From: Octopus vulgaris
Lineage: Eukaryota
Assembly (NCBI GenBank): GCA_951406725.2
Contig: OX597838.1
Location: 14,260,001 to 14,324,000 of the forward strand
Reading direction: 5' to 3'
Length of the DNA stretch: 64,000 nucleotides
The notes below the pieces were generated by a model. That model had not been told where the DNA came from. It saw only the letters and a program-made list of their open reading frames with translations, and made no database searches. Positions 42,667 to 56,195 of the stretch are shown here, piece after piece (the first letter of the stretch is position 1; every line of letters starts with the position of its first letter). A program made the translations under genes and the position numbers.

Positions 42667-42968
42667 TTTGGAGGTTAACACCGACCTTTGGAGGCCAACA
42701 CCGACCTTTGGAAGCTAACACCGACCTTTGGAGGCCAACACCGACCTTTGGAGGCCAACACTGACCTTTGGAGGCCAACACCGACCTTTGGAGGCCAACA
42801 CCGACCTTTGGAGGCCAACACCGATCTATGGAGGCCAACACCGACCTTTGGAGGCCAACACTGACCTTTGGAGGTCAACACCGACCTTTGGAGGCCAACA
42901 CTGACCTTTGGAGGCCAACACCGACCTTTGGAGACCAACACCGACCTTTGGAGGCCAACTGACCTTTG
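42667..42968. repeat. 20-bp minisatellite, about 15 copies of GGAGGCCAACACCGACCTTT
   Basis: Direct reading; no spacers. Confidence 0.95.
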
Positions 42969-43289
42969 CATATATTAGTAAGTTGCACTTTTCGCTGTTG
43001 AGGATCAACTCTGTGTGTGTGTGTGTGTGCGTGGAAGAGAGAGAGAGAAAGCGTGAAAAAGAGAGAGGGAGAGAGAGTGTGAGTGAGTGTATGTGTGATA
43101 GTGTGTGTGAGAGAGAGAGAAAGAAAGAAAGAGAGAGAGTGTGTGTGAGTGAGAGAGAAAGTGAGAGTGTGTGAGTGTGTGTGTATGTGTGTGTGTGAGA
43201 GAGTGAGAGAGAGATAGAGTGAGAGAGAGTGAGAAAGAGAAAGAGGGAGAAAAGGTGAAAAAGATAGAGGGAGAGTAGAGTGTGTGATT

Positions 43290-43323
<34 letters not shown>

Positions 43324-43907
43324 GTGTGTATGAGTGTGTGTGTGTCAGAGAAAGTGCGTGAGAGGTGTGTGACAGAGAGAGAGATGTGGTGTATGAGTGT
43401 GTGTGTGATAGTGTGTGTTTGTGTGTATGTGTATGAGAGAGAGAGTGTATGTGTGTGTGACAGAGATATGTGTAAAAGAGATGGGGTATAGTGTGCGTGA
43501 AAGTGTGTGTGTGTATGTGTGTGAGAGAGTGCGTGAGTTTGTGTATGTGAGTGTGTGAGAGTGAGAGACAGAGAGCGGGAGGAGAGAAAGAGAGAGGGAA
43601 AGAGGAAGAGAGAGAGGGCGGGCGGGCGGGCGGGCGGGCAAGGTAGATACATAGATAGATTGAGAGAGTGGGAGAGAGGGAGAGAGAGAGTGTGTGTGTG
43701 TGTGTATGCGTGTGTGTGTTAGCTTCAGTAAATGTTAAAGGGAGGTAAAAATGGTGAAAATTCTTTTCCAAACTACTGAATAAGAAAAAAAAAAATCTCT
43801 GCCGCGGTATAAGCACGAGTTCTAATTTCACAGAAAGATTGAATATTTATTGGGTCTGTCACTGTGGACGTAACTAGGGAAGAACACATAACTTCGGGTG
43901 TTGCTAA

Positions 43908-43997
<90 letters not shown>

Positions 43998-44672
43998 TCT
44001 TCTTCTTCTTCACCCTCTTTCTTTTTCTTAACTCCTCCTCCTCCTCCTCCTCCTGCTGCTGCTTACCAACCCCTTTTCCTTCTTTTCCTTCTGTCTCTTA
44101 ACTCCTCCTCTTCCTCCTCCTCCTCCTCCTCCTCCTCCTCCTCCTTCTCCGTCACCACTGACCTTCTGTTAATGTCATCTAAGTTTGTCACCGACCTCTC
44201 CTCCATCTCCCCCTTTTCCCCTCCCTCCTCCCTCCCCCCATCCCCACCTTCCCCGTCCCCTCTCGCTCTGTTCGCCATTCTCTCCCCCACTCTCTCCCCC
44301 ATCCCCCCTCTCCCTCTTTCTCTCTCTCTCACTCACTCACATCGAAATGTTATCTCAGACTTTCCTCTCAATAAAAGTGCAACATTAATATTCCGACCAT
44401 TAATCTCTCATCGATTTACAGCAATAAATAACACCCAGCAACACCCTGCAACTATCCATCAACAACTCCCCAACAATACTCAGCACATACCCACACACAC
44501 ACACACACACACACACGCAAACCTCTCCCTCCCTCCCTCTACCCCCTCTCTCTCTCTCTCTTCTTTTCTGTCTCTCACTTTCACTTTCTCTTTCTTTGAC
44601 GTGACAGTGGCGGCGGTGGTGGTGATTGAAACAAACCTAGGAAACTTCGATCTTCGAAACGAAGCATATTTC

Positions 44673-46065
44673 TTGGTTATTTCACACAAGAGAGAAGTTT
44701 CTGTGAGTCTGATGATCACTCTTTACAGAAACTATCAAAGCCGCCCAGCCCTCGCTTCCACGTGGTCTAATTTCGGGTGGGTGTTGGATTAACAATCGAA
44801 ACTTCGTGGGTTCGATCCTTTCACAGGCGCGTTCTGTCCTTAAGAAAATCACATTATTTCACGCTGTACCGCTCCAGTCTACTTAACCGTAAATTTGTAG
44901 CAAATTGGTTATTTCACACAAGAGAGAAGTTTCTGTGAGTCTGATGATCACTCTTTACAGAAACTATCAAAGCCATCCAGCACTCGCATCCACGTGGTCT
45001 AATTTCGGGTGGGTGTTGGATTAACAATCGAAACTTCGTGGGTTCGATCCTTTCACAGGCGCGTTCTGTCCTTAAGAAAAGCACATTATTTCACGCTGTA
45101 CCGCTCCAGTCTACTTAACCGTAAATTTGTAGCAAATTGGTTATTTCACACAAGAGAGAAGTTTCTGTGAGTCTGATGATCACTCTTTACAGAAACTATC
45201 AAAGCCATCCAGCACTCGCATCCACGTGGTCTAATTTCGGGTGGGTGTTGGATTAACAATCGAAACTTCGTGGGTTCGATCCTTTCACAGGCGCGTTCTG
45301 TCCTTAAGAAAATCACATTATTTCACGCTGTACCGCTCCAGTCTACATAACCGTAAATTTGTAGCAAATTGATTATTTCACACAAGAGAGAAGTTTCTGT
45401 GAGTCTGATGATCACTCTTTACAGAAACTCTCAAAGCCATCCAGCCCTCGCATCCACGTGGTCTAATTTCGGGTGGGTGTTGGATTAACAATCGAAACTT
45501 CGTGGGTTCGATCCTTTCACAGGCGCGTTCTGTCCTTAAGAAAAGCACATTATTTCACGCTGTACCGCTCCAGTCTACTTAACCGTAAATTTGTAGCAAA
45601 TTGGTTATTTCACACAAGAGAGAAGTTTCTGTGAGTCTGATGATCACTCTTTACAGAAACTATCAAAGCCGCCCAGCCCTCGCTTCCACGTGGTCTAATT
45701 TCGGGTGGGTGTTGGATTAACAATCGAAACTTCGTGGGTTCGATCCTTTCACAGGCGCGTTCTGTCCTTAAGAAAATCACATTATTTCACGCTGTACCGC
45801 TCCAGTCTACTTAACCGTAAATTTGTAGCAAATTGGTTATTTCACACAAGAGAGAAGTTTCTGTGAGTCTGATGATCACTCTTTACAGAAACTATCAAAG
45901 CCATCCAGCACTCGCATCCACGTGGTCTAATTTCGGGTGGGTGTTGGATTAACAATCGAAACTTCGTGGGTTCGATCCTTTCACAGGCGCGTTCTGTCCT
46001 TAAGAAAAGCACATTATTTCACGCTGTACCGCTCCAGTCTACTTAACCGTAAATTTGTAGTAAAT
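44673..46065 (+). repeat. Tandem array of 6 x 232 bp containing a decayed SINE-F-like segment
   Basis: Unit starts at 44673, 44905, 45137, 45369, 45601, 45833; B-box-like GGTTCGATCC and a SINE-F-like body (CGCGTTCTGTCCTTAAGAAAA.CACATTATTTCACG..CTCCAGTCTACT) in every unit. Confidence 0.95.
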
Positions 46066-46094
46066 ACAGCCAGGAAATATATAGTGTGGTGTTT

Positions 46095-46490
46095 TAAGCC
46101 TGAGACGGCTTGGGGTCCCACCAAAGAGAAGTTTTGTACACTCAGTCACGTAAGTGCCATGAATTGAACCTTCTGAATATGATACGAAAACTAGAATCCT
46201 GTAAGTCCTCTAACCCCTTTCAGACTAAGCTTAAATTTGACATAAACAGGCTAAAATCTTCGAATACAGTCTTATTGTTCTTCGATAAAACTAAGAACTT
46301 GTACGCGGTAGACAACAGTGTGCATGAATGGTTTGTTAAGAAATGGTGTCATACTGAAATATAAGAAGGCAGACGCGCAGATTTATGGTAATACAAACAG
46401 TGAAGTAAAAGATTTAGTTCTGAAGTTGGATATAGATGACAGCGTGGAGATTCTAGTTAAACGTAAGATTTTAATACTATTAAAGAAGCT
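46095..46490 (+). pseudogene. Penelope-like element ORF remnant (pre-RT region)
   Basis: FQTKLKFDINRLKSSNTVLLFFDKTKNLY..LLRNGVILKYKKA..NSEVKDLVLKLDIDDSVE..ILLK, matching the ADKTxNxY...LKDHK type PLE ORFs. Confidence 0.7.
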
Positions 46491-46587
46491 TACTTACATT
46501 GAAACTGGGTCTTTGCCTGCTGTTCTTGGTGTCCAAGAACCTATGTAAGAGAGTGGACAGAAAGATCTCAGGTTTGTCAACTAGAAA

Positions 46588-47275
46588 GTTCCAGTGATGG
46601 ATTGGATCTGTAGTCTTCGAATTAGCTTTCTCCTTTCTGGTTTTGAGAAGCCTAATTTCTCAAGATTGTTATTTAGACAGTGTGTTGTATATCCCAGGAC
46701 CCCAATAACTACAGGTAGAAACCTGAACTTGTAATCTGGATAGAGTAACTGCAGATTTCTCAGTTTTACTGATATTTACAGTTCTAGTGATGAATTGGAT
46801 CTATACTCCTCGAATTAGTTTTCTCCTTTCTGGTTTTGAGAAGCCTAATTTCTCAAGATTGGTATTTAGAGAGTGTGTTGTATATCCCAGGACCCCAATA
46901 ACTACAGGTAGAAACCTGAACTTGTAATCTGGATAGAGTAACTGCAGATTTCTCAGTTTTACTGATATTTACAGTTCTAGTGATGAATTGGATCTGTAGT
47001 CCTCGAATTAGCTTTCTCCTTTCTGGTTTTGAGAAGCCTAATTTCTCAAGATTGGTATTTAGGCAGTGTGTTACATATCCCAGGACTCCAATAATTACAG
47101 GTAGAAACCTGAACTTGTAATCTGGATAGAATAACTGCAGATTTCTCAATAGTTCAGCATAGGTGTTCTATTTTTCACTGATCTTCAGCTTTATGTTAAC
47201 ATCCGCTGGGCAGCTAATTTTCACAACTGTGCACAGTTTCTCTTATCTATCCCAAATCATTATATCAGGTCTGTT
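46588..47275 (-). pseudogene. R4/Dong-clade restriction-like endonuclease C-terminus whose last 193 bp are triplicated in tandem
   Basis: NRPDIMIWDR..VKISCPADVN..EK*NTYAELLRNLQ..RFLPVIIGVLG; anchor GAGAAGCC at 46645, 46838 and 47031. Confidence 0.85.
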
Positions 47276-47735
47276 GTATGTATGTATGTATGTATGTATG
47301 TATGTATGTATGTATGTATGTATGTATGTATGTATGTATGTATGTATGTATGTGTATGTATGTATGTATGTGTGTGTGTGTATGTATGAATGTATGTATG
47401 TATGTCTGTGTGTGTGTATGTGTGTATGTATGTATGTATGTGTGTATGTGTGTGTGTGTGTATGTATGAATGTATGTATGTCTGTGTGTGTATGTATGTA
47501 TGTATGTATGTATGTATGTATGTATGTACGTACGTACGTATGTATGTATGTATGTATGTATGTATGTATGTACGTACGTACGTACGTACGTACGTATGTA
47601 TGTATGTATGTATGTATGTATGTATGTATGTATGTATGTATGTATGTATGTGTGTATGTGTGTGTATGCATGCATGCATGTATGTATGTATGTATGTATG
47701 TATGTATGTATGTATGTATGTATGTATGTATGTAT
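47276..47735. repeat. (TATG)n microsatellite
   Basis: Direct reading. Confidence 0.95.
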
Positions 47736-48763
47736 GAATGTATTATATAATTTGGAAAATACAGAATTCTGAGAAAAATCAGATGTGGCTGTGTGTCAGC
47801 AACAAATTAATTAACACGGAAGTTTACAGAAACATTTGATAAATTAAAATGTTCTGAGCAATGAATAAGTTAATATTTCGGTTATTGTTCCTCATCAGAT
47901 AATGAAGAAACGCAGAGGGAAAGGGAAAGTGATGCTGTCACTTAGCTGTAGGCGTTTAAGCATTTACATTCATTTTCTTTTTTACAGACATATATATATA
48001 TATACACTCATATATATTCTCTCTCCAGCGATAGTCATGTCTGTTGAGTCCTCTCGTTAAAATACTGACCGAAAGTCTAGTTTGGTCAATTGATTTTCTT
48101 TTGTGTTCATTTAATAGTTAAATAAAACAGTAAATAAGTATATAAAAAAAAAATTGAATTAATTCTCGATAAATTAAGGAAAGAAGAGGCAATATGGCGG
48201 TTTTTAGAAATCCGTATTCTCTAACACATGAATGAATTAGCTTGCGTGAACTCTGTTGTTGAGTGAGGAGTCGAACACCATTCACAATCTCTTTCATGAG
48301 TGCTGGTGACTGGGTAACCGAGATAAAGCCGTGATTAAAGATCGTCTGCTCAGTCGTACGTTCATTGCGACTGACATTTTATCACGAATTTTGTTTGGTT
48401 TCTATGATGGAAAGAGAGAGGAAGATAGTAAGAAGGAGAGAGAGAGAAAGAAACGGGAGAAGGGAATGGATGGAGGGAATCAGTGGCGTTGACAGCCCTT
48501 CGGAGGATGAACGTACGCGATTGTCCGGTTTAAATAAAACTGATTTTTAGGTGACGCATGGAGACGAGAAGGTTGAATGGATGGGTAGAAAACAAAACAA
48601 AATGAAACAAAACGGAACAAAAAAGCTTTTTGTGAATAAGCCATAGCAGTGTGTCACACAAGATGTGACCGACAAGCTGGGAGAGTGTCAAATAAATTGA
48701 TTAGCTGAAATAGCTGGAGAAAGAGGACGAGTCGTGTCTTTGTTTTATATAAACATGTAAGTG

Positions 48764-48841
<78 letters not shown>

Positions 48842-49214
48842 TGAGCGTGTGTTCACATAGATACGGCAAAGTGGAATGGGGGCGTGAGGATGAGATGAGC
48901 GTGTATTAGGCGAAAGCTGGGATTGATTATGAATGCTTCGGCTGTAAAACGCATTTCTTCTTCACCGTGGTGAGGAGAGAGGCTGGCTCCTTCTCTGCTC
49001 GTGGTGTGATTAGCAGACGTGTGTTTGTGTTTTAATGAACATGTGTTATGATAAAGAAAGAGAGAGAGAGACAGAGAAACAGAGAGGGGTGAGATGAAAA
49101 GAGAAAGAGAAAGAGGGAAAGTGAGAGGGAGGTAGGTAGGAGGAGACGTGAAGGAAAAGTTATACACATATACATAAATAGTTAAATGTATATGTGTACG
49201 TGTGTGTGTGTGTA

Positions 49215-49245
<31 letters not shown>

Positions 49246-49297
49246 GTTTATATATGTGTGTGTGTTATGAATATATATATACACACACATACATACA

Positions 49298-50390
<1,093 letters not shown>

Positions 50391-50400
50391 AATTAGTAAA

Positions 50401-50439
<39 letters not shown>

Positions 50440-50440
<1 letters not shown>

Positions 50441-50630
50441 GGGAGAGTTTACGAAAAAAGCAAAAGACGAAACAGGTGGTGTACAAAACAAACAGATGTA
50501 TTAGTATAGCGCTCAGGAATAGAAAAAGTCTTTTACGTTTCGAGCCGACGCTCTTCTACTGAAAGGGACACAGAAAAAAAACAAGGAGAGAAAAAAAATG
50601 TGTGTAGTGGCTAACGATCTATCATGGCGT
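50440..50630 (-). mobile_element. Repeat family H1-related copy with hammerhead-like motif at 50530-50565
   Basis: Minus strand CUUU-CAGUAGA-AGAGC-GUCG-GCUC-GAAA-CGUA-AAAG followed by TTCCTGAGCG as in H1. Confidence 0.65.
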
Positions 50631-50792
50631 CTACACACACACATATATATGTGTATACGTATATTCATATATATGTATATGTGTGGGTATATATATGTGC
50701 ATATAAATATAATATAGACATCGATATAAATATACGTACATATAGACTGATAGGTAGACAGATAGATAGATATATAGATAGATAGATAGATG

Positions 50793-50858
<66 letters not shown>

Positions 50859-51618
50859 CAGATATCGTGTGTGAAGGGAAGAGAGGAATATTTAGCTAGA
50901 GGAAGAAAGATATTGGTACGGAGGTACTAAAAGAAAGATAGAGAAGGACATTAGAAGTGATTGAAGGAGAGGGAGAGGTGATACGTGAGAGAAGGGGCAG
51001 GAGTGTGATGTCAGAAAGGATAGAAACACAAGGGGGAAGGACGGATAAGCGAGAGGTGAGAGCGGATAGAAGGGTGATGGCAATAGATGATATGATATAT
51101 AGTGACTGGTAGAAGGAGTAGATGAGAGGAAATGATGAAGAGAAGTAAGTATAAAGAGGGAGAGGGAGGGAGAGGAAGAATGAGAGGGCAGAGAAAGAGA
51201 GAGAGGGGGGAAGAGAGAGAGATAAGGAGAGAAAGAGAAATTCTGAGAGCAAAAGATGGTTTTAAGTGGGAGATGGATTGAGCTGATATGCAGAAAGAGG
51301 AGGAGAAGTGGGAGAAAAAAGAGGAGCAAGAAGAGGATAAAAGAAGGAGAAGAAAGAGGAGAAAGATGCGGGACTAAATAGTGGGACCAAATATATAATT
51401 TGTATGAATATCTATTCATATTTATTCAGAATCTTCCTGTGTTGGTAGATTTCTTATCAAATCCTGGCAATCAGCCTCGTATTAGTGCGTCAATATATTT
51501 ACACAAGCAATTGTTTGTATTTTTTTATCGTTGAAAAGTGAAATGATTGATCTCTGACGAGTAAAAAAAAATGCGAAACTAATAAATGCGAAACAAATAC
51601 TGAAATTCCTGTAGTTAT

Positions 51619-51917
<299 letters not shown>

Positions 51918-52058
51918 GTGTGTGTGTGTGTGTGCATCAAATCGAGCGTCATATTGATATATTTCTTGTGTACCTCTTCACCTTCGTTTTTTTACTTTTT
52001 TTCTCTGTTTTATAAATTGTCTCTTTGAATTAACTACACACACACACACACACATACA

Positions 52059-52119
<61 letters not shown>

Positions 52120-52125
52120 CAAAAT

Positions 52126-52319
52126 GTGACCGCGTGTGTACCGTTGGCGAATTTTTTCCCTCTGTCTTCTCTTCTCTGGATCTTTCCTTCTCCTATGTTT
52201 CCGACGAAGAGCTGTGCTCGAAACGTTAAACCCTCCTTCTTTCCTGAGCGTCCAATAATACTATATTTGTTCCACGTCCTCGCGTTGTTGTGGTTTTTTT
52301 TGTGCTTTCATGTTTGGAT

Positions 52320-52325
<6 letters not shown>
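52126..52325 (+). mobile_element. Repeat family H1 copy with hammerhead-like motif at 52197-52231
   Basis: GTTT-CCGACGA-AGAGC-TGT-GCTC-GAAA-CGTT-AAAC. Confidence 0.8.
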
Positions 52326-52366
<41 letters not shown>

Positions 52367-52965
52367 GTAGACGGACAGACAGATAGATAGAAAGCTAGCT
52401 AGTTAGATAGATAGACAAACAGACAGACAGACTGATAGGTAATTTATTCTGAACGAATTTTTATTTCAACTCAAGTTTCACGCTGTTGCTTTATTCGTAC
52501 GAACTGCTTTCGTTTTTGTATTTTGATGTGGTTTTGTACACATTGGCGCGGATTTATTCTCCTGTGTGTAGCCATCGATTTCATTACATAGTTTGTAAAT
52601 ATTATTTTGTTAAAGCAGTATTTTTTCTTCGCTTTTTGTTTGCTAATCCGTCGCCTGTTTTATATTCGTTGGTCAATTTTTCTATTATATCCGTATTATC
52701 ATTCATTTCCAATCCGTTATATTTTCTTATCATTGTCGTTTTGTCGCTTTTTCGTTGCCCAATTCAATTCAACAGTTGTCTTGCTCCAAACGGTTGAGTT
52801 CATCGCTGTAACAGGTTCTACCAAAACTGGTTTTACTAAAGTTGTTTTCTGCTCACGTCATTTTTCCATGTTGATTCTGAAAATGTCTGATGCAGCTAAT
52901 ATTTTTTTAATATCACGCTGTCATGTTTTTTTTCTTTTTTAATTTCTGTTTTTTTTTTTTTTTTT

Positions 52966-53350
52966 TGGAAGCACTCCGTCGGTTACGACAACGAGGGTTC
53001 CGTTTGATCCGATCAACGGAACAGCCTGCTCGTGAAATTAACGTGTAAGTGGCTGAGCACTCCACAGACACGTGTACCCTTAACGTAGTTCTCGGGGATA
53101 TTCAGCGTGACACAGAGAGTGACAAGGCTGGTCCCCTTTGAAATACAGGTACAACAGAAACAGGAAGTAAGAGTGAGAGAAAGTTGTGGTAAAAGAGTAC
53201 AGCAGGGATCACCACCATCCCCTGCCGGAGCCTCGTGGAGCTTTAGGTGTTTTCGCTCAATAAACACTCACAACGGCCTGTCTGTGAATCGAAACCGCGA
53301 TTCTACGACCGCGATTCCGCTGCCCTAACCACTGGGCCATTGCGCCTCCT
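52966..53350 (-). mobile_element. SINE family E, full length
   Basis: Reverse complement of 34637-35020. Confidence 0.9.
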
Positions 53351-53529
53351 CTTTAATTTCTGTATTGACTTATGATTTGAATGTCTCTAAATTGCTTTTA
53401 TTTTCTATGGTTTAATTTGCTGGTCACTTTGTTATATTATTCACTGAGTTTGGCGTTGCCGTACTTACTCAGCTTTCCTTCCTGTAACTACATCATCGAA
53501 TATTTATGCTGTTTTCGATTTGAGCAGAT

Positions 53530-55170
53530 TTTAAATAAAATTTATTTTCGTGTCTCAACGTGACACCATTTAGTTTCTCTATCAAGCAAGCGTATGTGTT
53601 GCCTAATTATGTCGTATTTTTTTTGCGGTGCACAGGGGGTATATCCCAGAAAATTTACGTAGAGGGTAATATTGTCTATTGGCATCCATTTTACATTTAC
53701 ATTTATATTTTTATCCTTAGCTTACAAAATAAAAATTCGATTGAGATGTTACTCTCTTTCTATAAATGTTACGGAACGAGTTTGTATCGCGTGTATCTAA
53801 CTCTGAATATCTCGCTTATTGCTCGGATATAATTTTAATTGGCTCTCCCTCCTATAATATTGTTTTGTGTACTGCTTATATTTTTAGGCGGCGAGCTGGC
53901 AGAAACGTTAACGCGCCGGGTGAAATGCTTAGCGGTATTTCGTCTGTCGTTACGTTGTGAGCTCAAATTCCGCCGAGGTCAACTTTGCCTTTCATCCTTT
54001 CGGGGTCGATAAATTAAGTACCAGTTACGCTCTGGGGTCGATATAATCGACTTAATACCTATGTCTGTCCTTGTTTGTCTCCTCTATGTTTAGCCCCTTG
54101 TGGGTAATAAAGAAATAGGTATTTCGTCTGCCGTTAAGTTCTGAGTTCAAATTCCGCTGAGGTCGACTTTGCCTTTCATCCTTTCGGGATCGATAAATTA
54201 AGTACCAGTTATGCACTGGGGTTGATGTAATTGACTTAATCCGTTTGTCTGTCCTTGTTTGCCCCTTCTGTGTTTAGCCCCTTGTGGGTAGTAAAGAAAT
54301 AGGTATTTATTCGTTGCAATTGCATCTATTTTGGGGTGTAAGCTGTAGTTTCTAGATATTTTGGTAATTTATAGCTTAGCTGGCGTGAAACTGTTGCTTC
54401 TTGTGCAAGAGTAGCTAACTTCATTGTTCTTTCCTTTGAATAGCTTATGGTACCTGTGATCTGTTGGTTAGTGTTAAAACAATACTGTCAGTAATATCGC
54501 TAGATGTAGGATGAAAAGTGAGTTGAACCAGACGATATTTCATCGTTTATTTTTTTTGGTTATTTTTATGTTTTCTGTTTGAGCTGCTCCTTATTTGTGT
54601 GGTTTTAGATATGAATACTTAATTTTCTCTGAACCCGCTTATATGCAGGGGCTTATGGTAGAATGGCGCTGCCTGATAGAATGTTGTTTTATTCAAAAAT
54701 GTTGTGAAGATTCGTCGGTTTCTGTTGCTGATTAGGTTCTTTATTGAAAGCAGGTAATCACAACATTTATTTATATATGTAGAACTTAATTCGGTTTTCT
54801 ATGAGAATAATGTTTTCCTATGATTAGGTTTAGTGTTATGTCTAGGAAATATTTATCACGAATAAGTTGGGGTCCGACAGTTTTTATCACTTTTTTAATG
54901 CATCTAATTCGTGCCTGTTGGCGTTTTGGAAGATTTATCGACCATCATTTCTGTATAGCTCTATTCTAGAGTGGTTGAGTATATTTCATTGGTTTTCTAG
55001 AGTCTATGGTCCTAGTAGTTCACTTATTTCTGTTCCGTCGTAGCCTCTCATGCTTACATCGAAATGTAGTTCACTTTATTTACCCAGATTGTGTTATGGA
55101 ATAAGCGGGACTTCCTTCAGTATATGAATATACTTATCTGTTGGACGCTGATTGTGAAGATTCTGCTTGC
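53530..55170 (-). pseudogene. Decayed Penelope-like element (RT + GIY-YIG endonuclease) interrupted by a SINE B dimer
   Basis: HFDVSMRGYDGTE (cf. FDVTMGSYDGAE), LYRNDG (YRDDG), IVWFNSLF (WFNPPF), YIRAISEIFRVRY..NSFRN..NINVNVKW, RHENKFYL. Confidence 0.75.
53887..54308 (+). mobile_element. SINE B: full monomer plus a head-less second unit, 184-bp period
   Basis: GGTATTT at 53934, 54118 and 54302. Confidence 0.9.
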
Positions 55171-55504
55171 GCACACACACACACACTCAATTATATTGAC
55201 CCTAATGCTCGACTGGTACTCATTTCATCGACGCTGAAAGACAAAGTCGACCCCAACGGAATTTGAACTCAGATCATAAGGACGAACAAACCGGCGCTAA
55301 GCATTCTGCCCACTCGTCGTCTTGAAAGGTAGACAAATATTACACGGCAAATATTTGTCTGATGATTATAAACTTCGTAAAGAGAAGAGGAGATTATAAT
55401 TACATAATATCGATTATATGTTCTAATCAAACACACTGATTGATATTCAATATTATCTATCTATCAAGAATCGATTCCGACTTACAGAAATGCAGATAGT
55501 TTCC

Positions 55505-56195
55505 ATCACCGCCGCCGCCACCACCACCACCACCACCACCACCACCACTACCACCACCACCACTACCACCACCACCACCACTACCACCACCACCACTACC
55601 ACCACTACCACCACCACCACCACCACCACCACCACCACCACCACCACCCAGTGTTGTTGGTGTCTTCTTGTTCTTGTTCTTGTTCTTGTTCTTCTCCTTC
55701 TTGTTCTTCTTCTTCTTCTTCTTCTTGTTCTTGTTCTTGTTCTTGTTCTTGTTCTTGTTCTTGTTCTTCTCCTTCTTGTTCTTCTTCTTCTTCTTCTTCT
55801 TGTTCTTGTTCTTGTTCTTGTTCTTGTTCTTGTTCTTGTTCTTCTCCTTCTTGTTCTTCTTCTTCTTCTTCTTCTTGTTCTTGTTCTTGTTCTTGTTCTT
55901 GTTCTTGTTCTTGTTCTTCTCCTTCTTGTTCTTCTTCTTCTTCTTCTTCTTGTTCTTGTTCTTGTTCTTGTTCTTGTTCTTGTTCTTGTTCTTCTCCTTC
56001 TTGTTCTTCTTCTTGTTCTTGTTCTTGTTCTTGTTCTTGTTCTTGTTCTTGTTCTTGTTCTTGTTCTTCTCCTTCTTGTTCTTCTTCTTGTTCTTCTTGT
56101 TCTTCTTCTTGTTCTTCTTCTTCTTCTTCTTCTTCTTCTTCTTCTTCTTCTTCTTCTTCTTCTTCTTCTTCTTCTTCTTCTTCTTCTTCTTCTTC
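55505..56195. repeat. (CAC)n followed by a (TTC/TTG) array with a 75-bp higher-order period
   Basis: TTCTCC marker at 55692, 55767, 55842, 55917, 55992 and 56067. Confidence 0.95.

Noticed and set aside
42667-42968. CRISPR array interpretation of the 20-bp repeat
   Set aside because: Repeats are contiguous with no unique spacers, no cas genes, eukaryotic context.
44706-44745. Hammerhead ribozyme in the 232-bp unit (CUGAUGA..GAAAC)
   Set aside because: The 12 nt between the boxes cannot form stem II, no stem I partner follows a cleavage triplet, and the boxes are sequestered in a competing hairpin.
52770-52810. Additional hammerhead on the minus strand downstream of the PLE remnant
   Set aside because: Both catalytic boxes are too degenerate to support a call.
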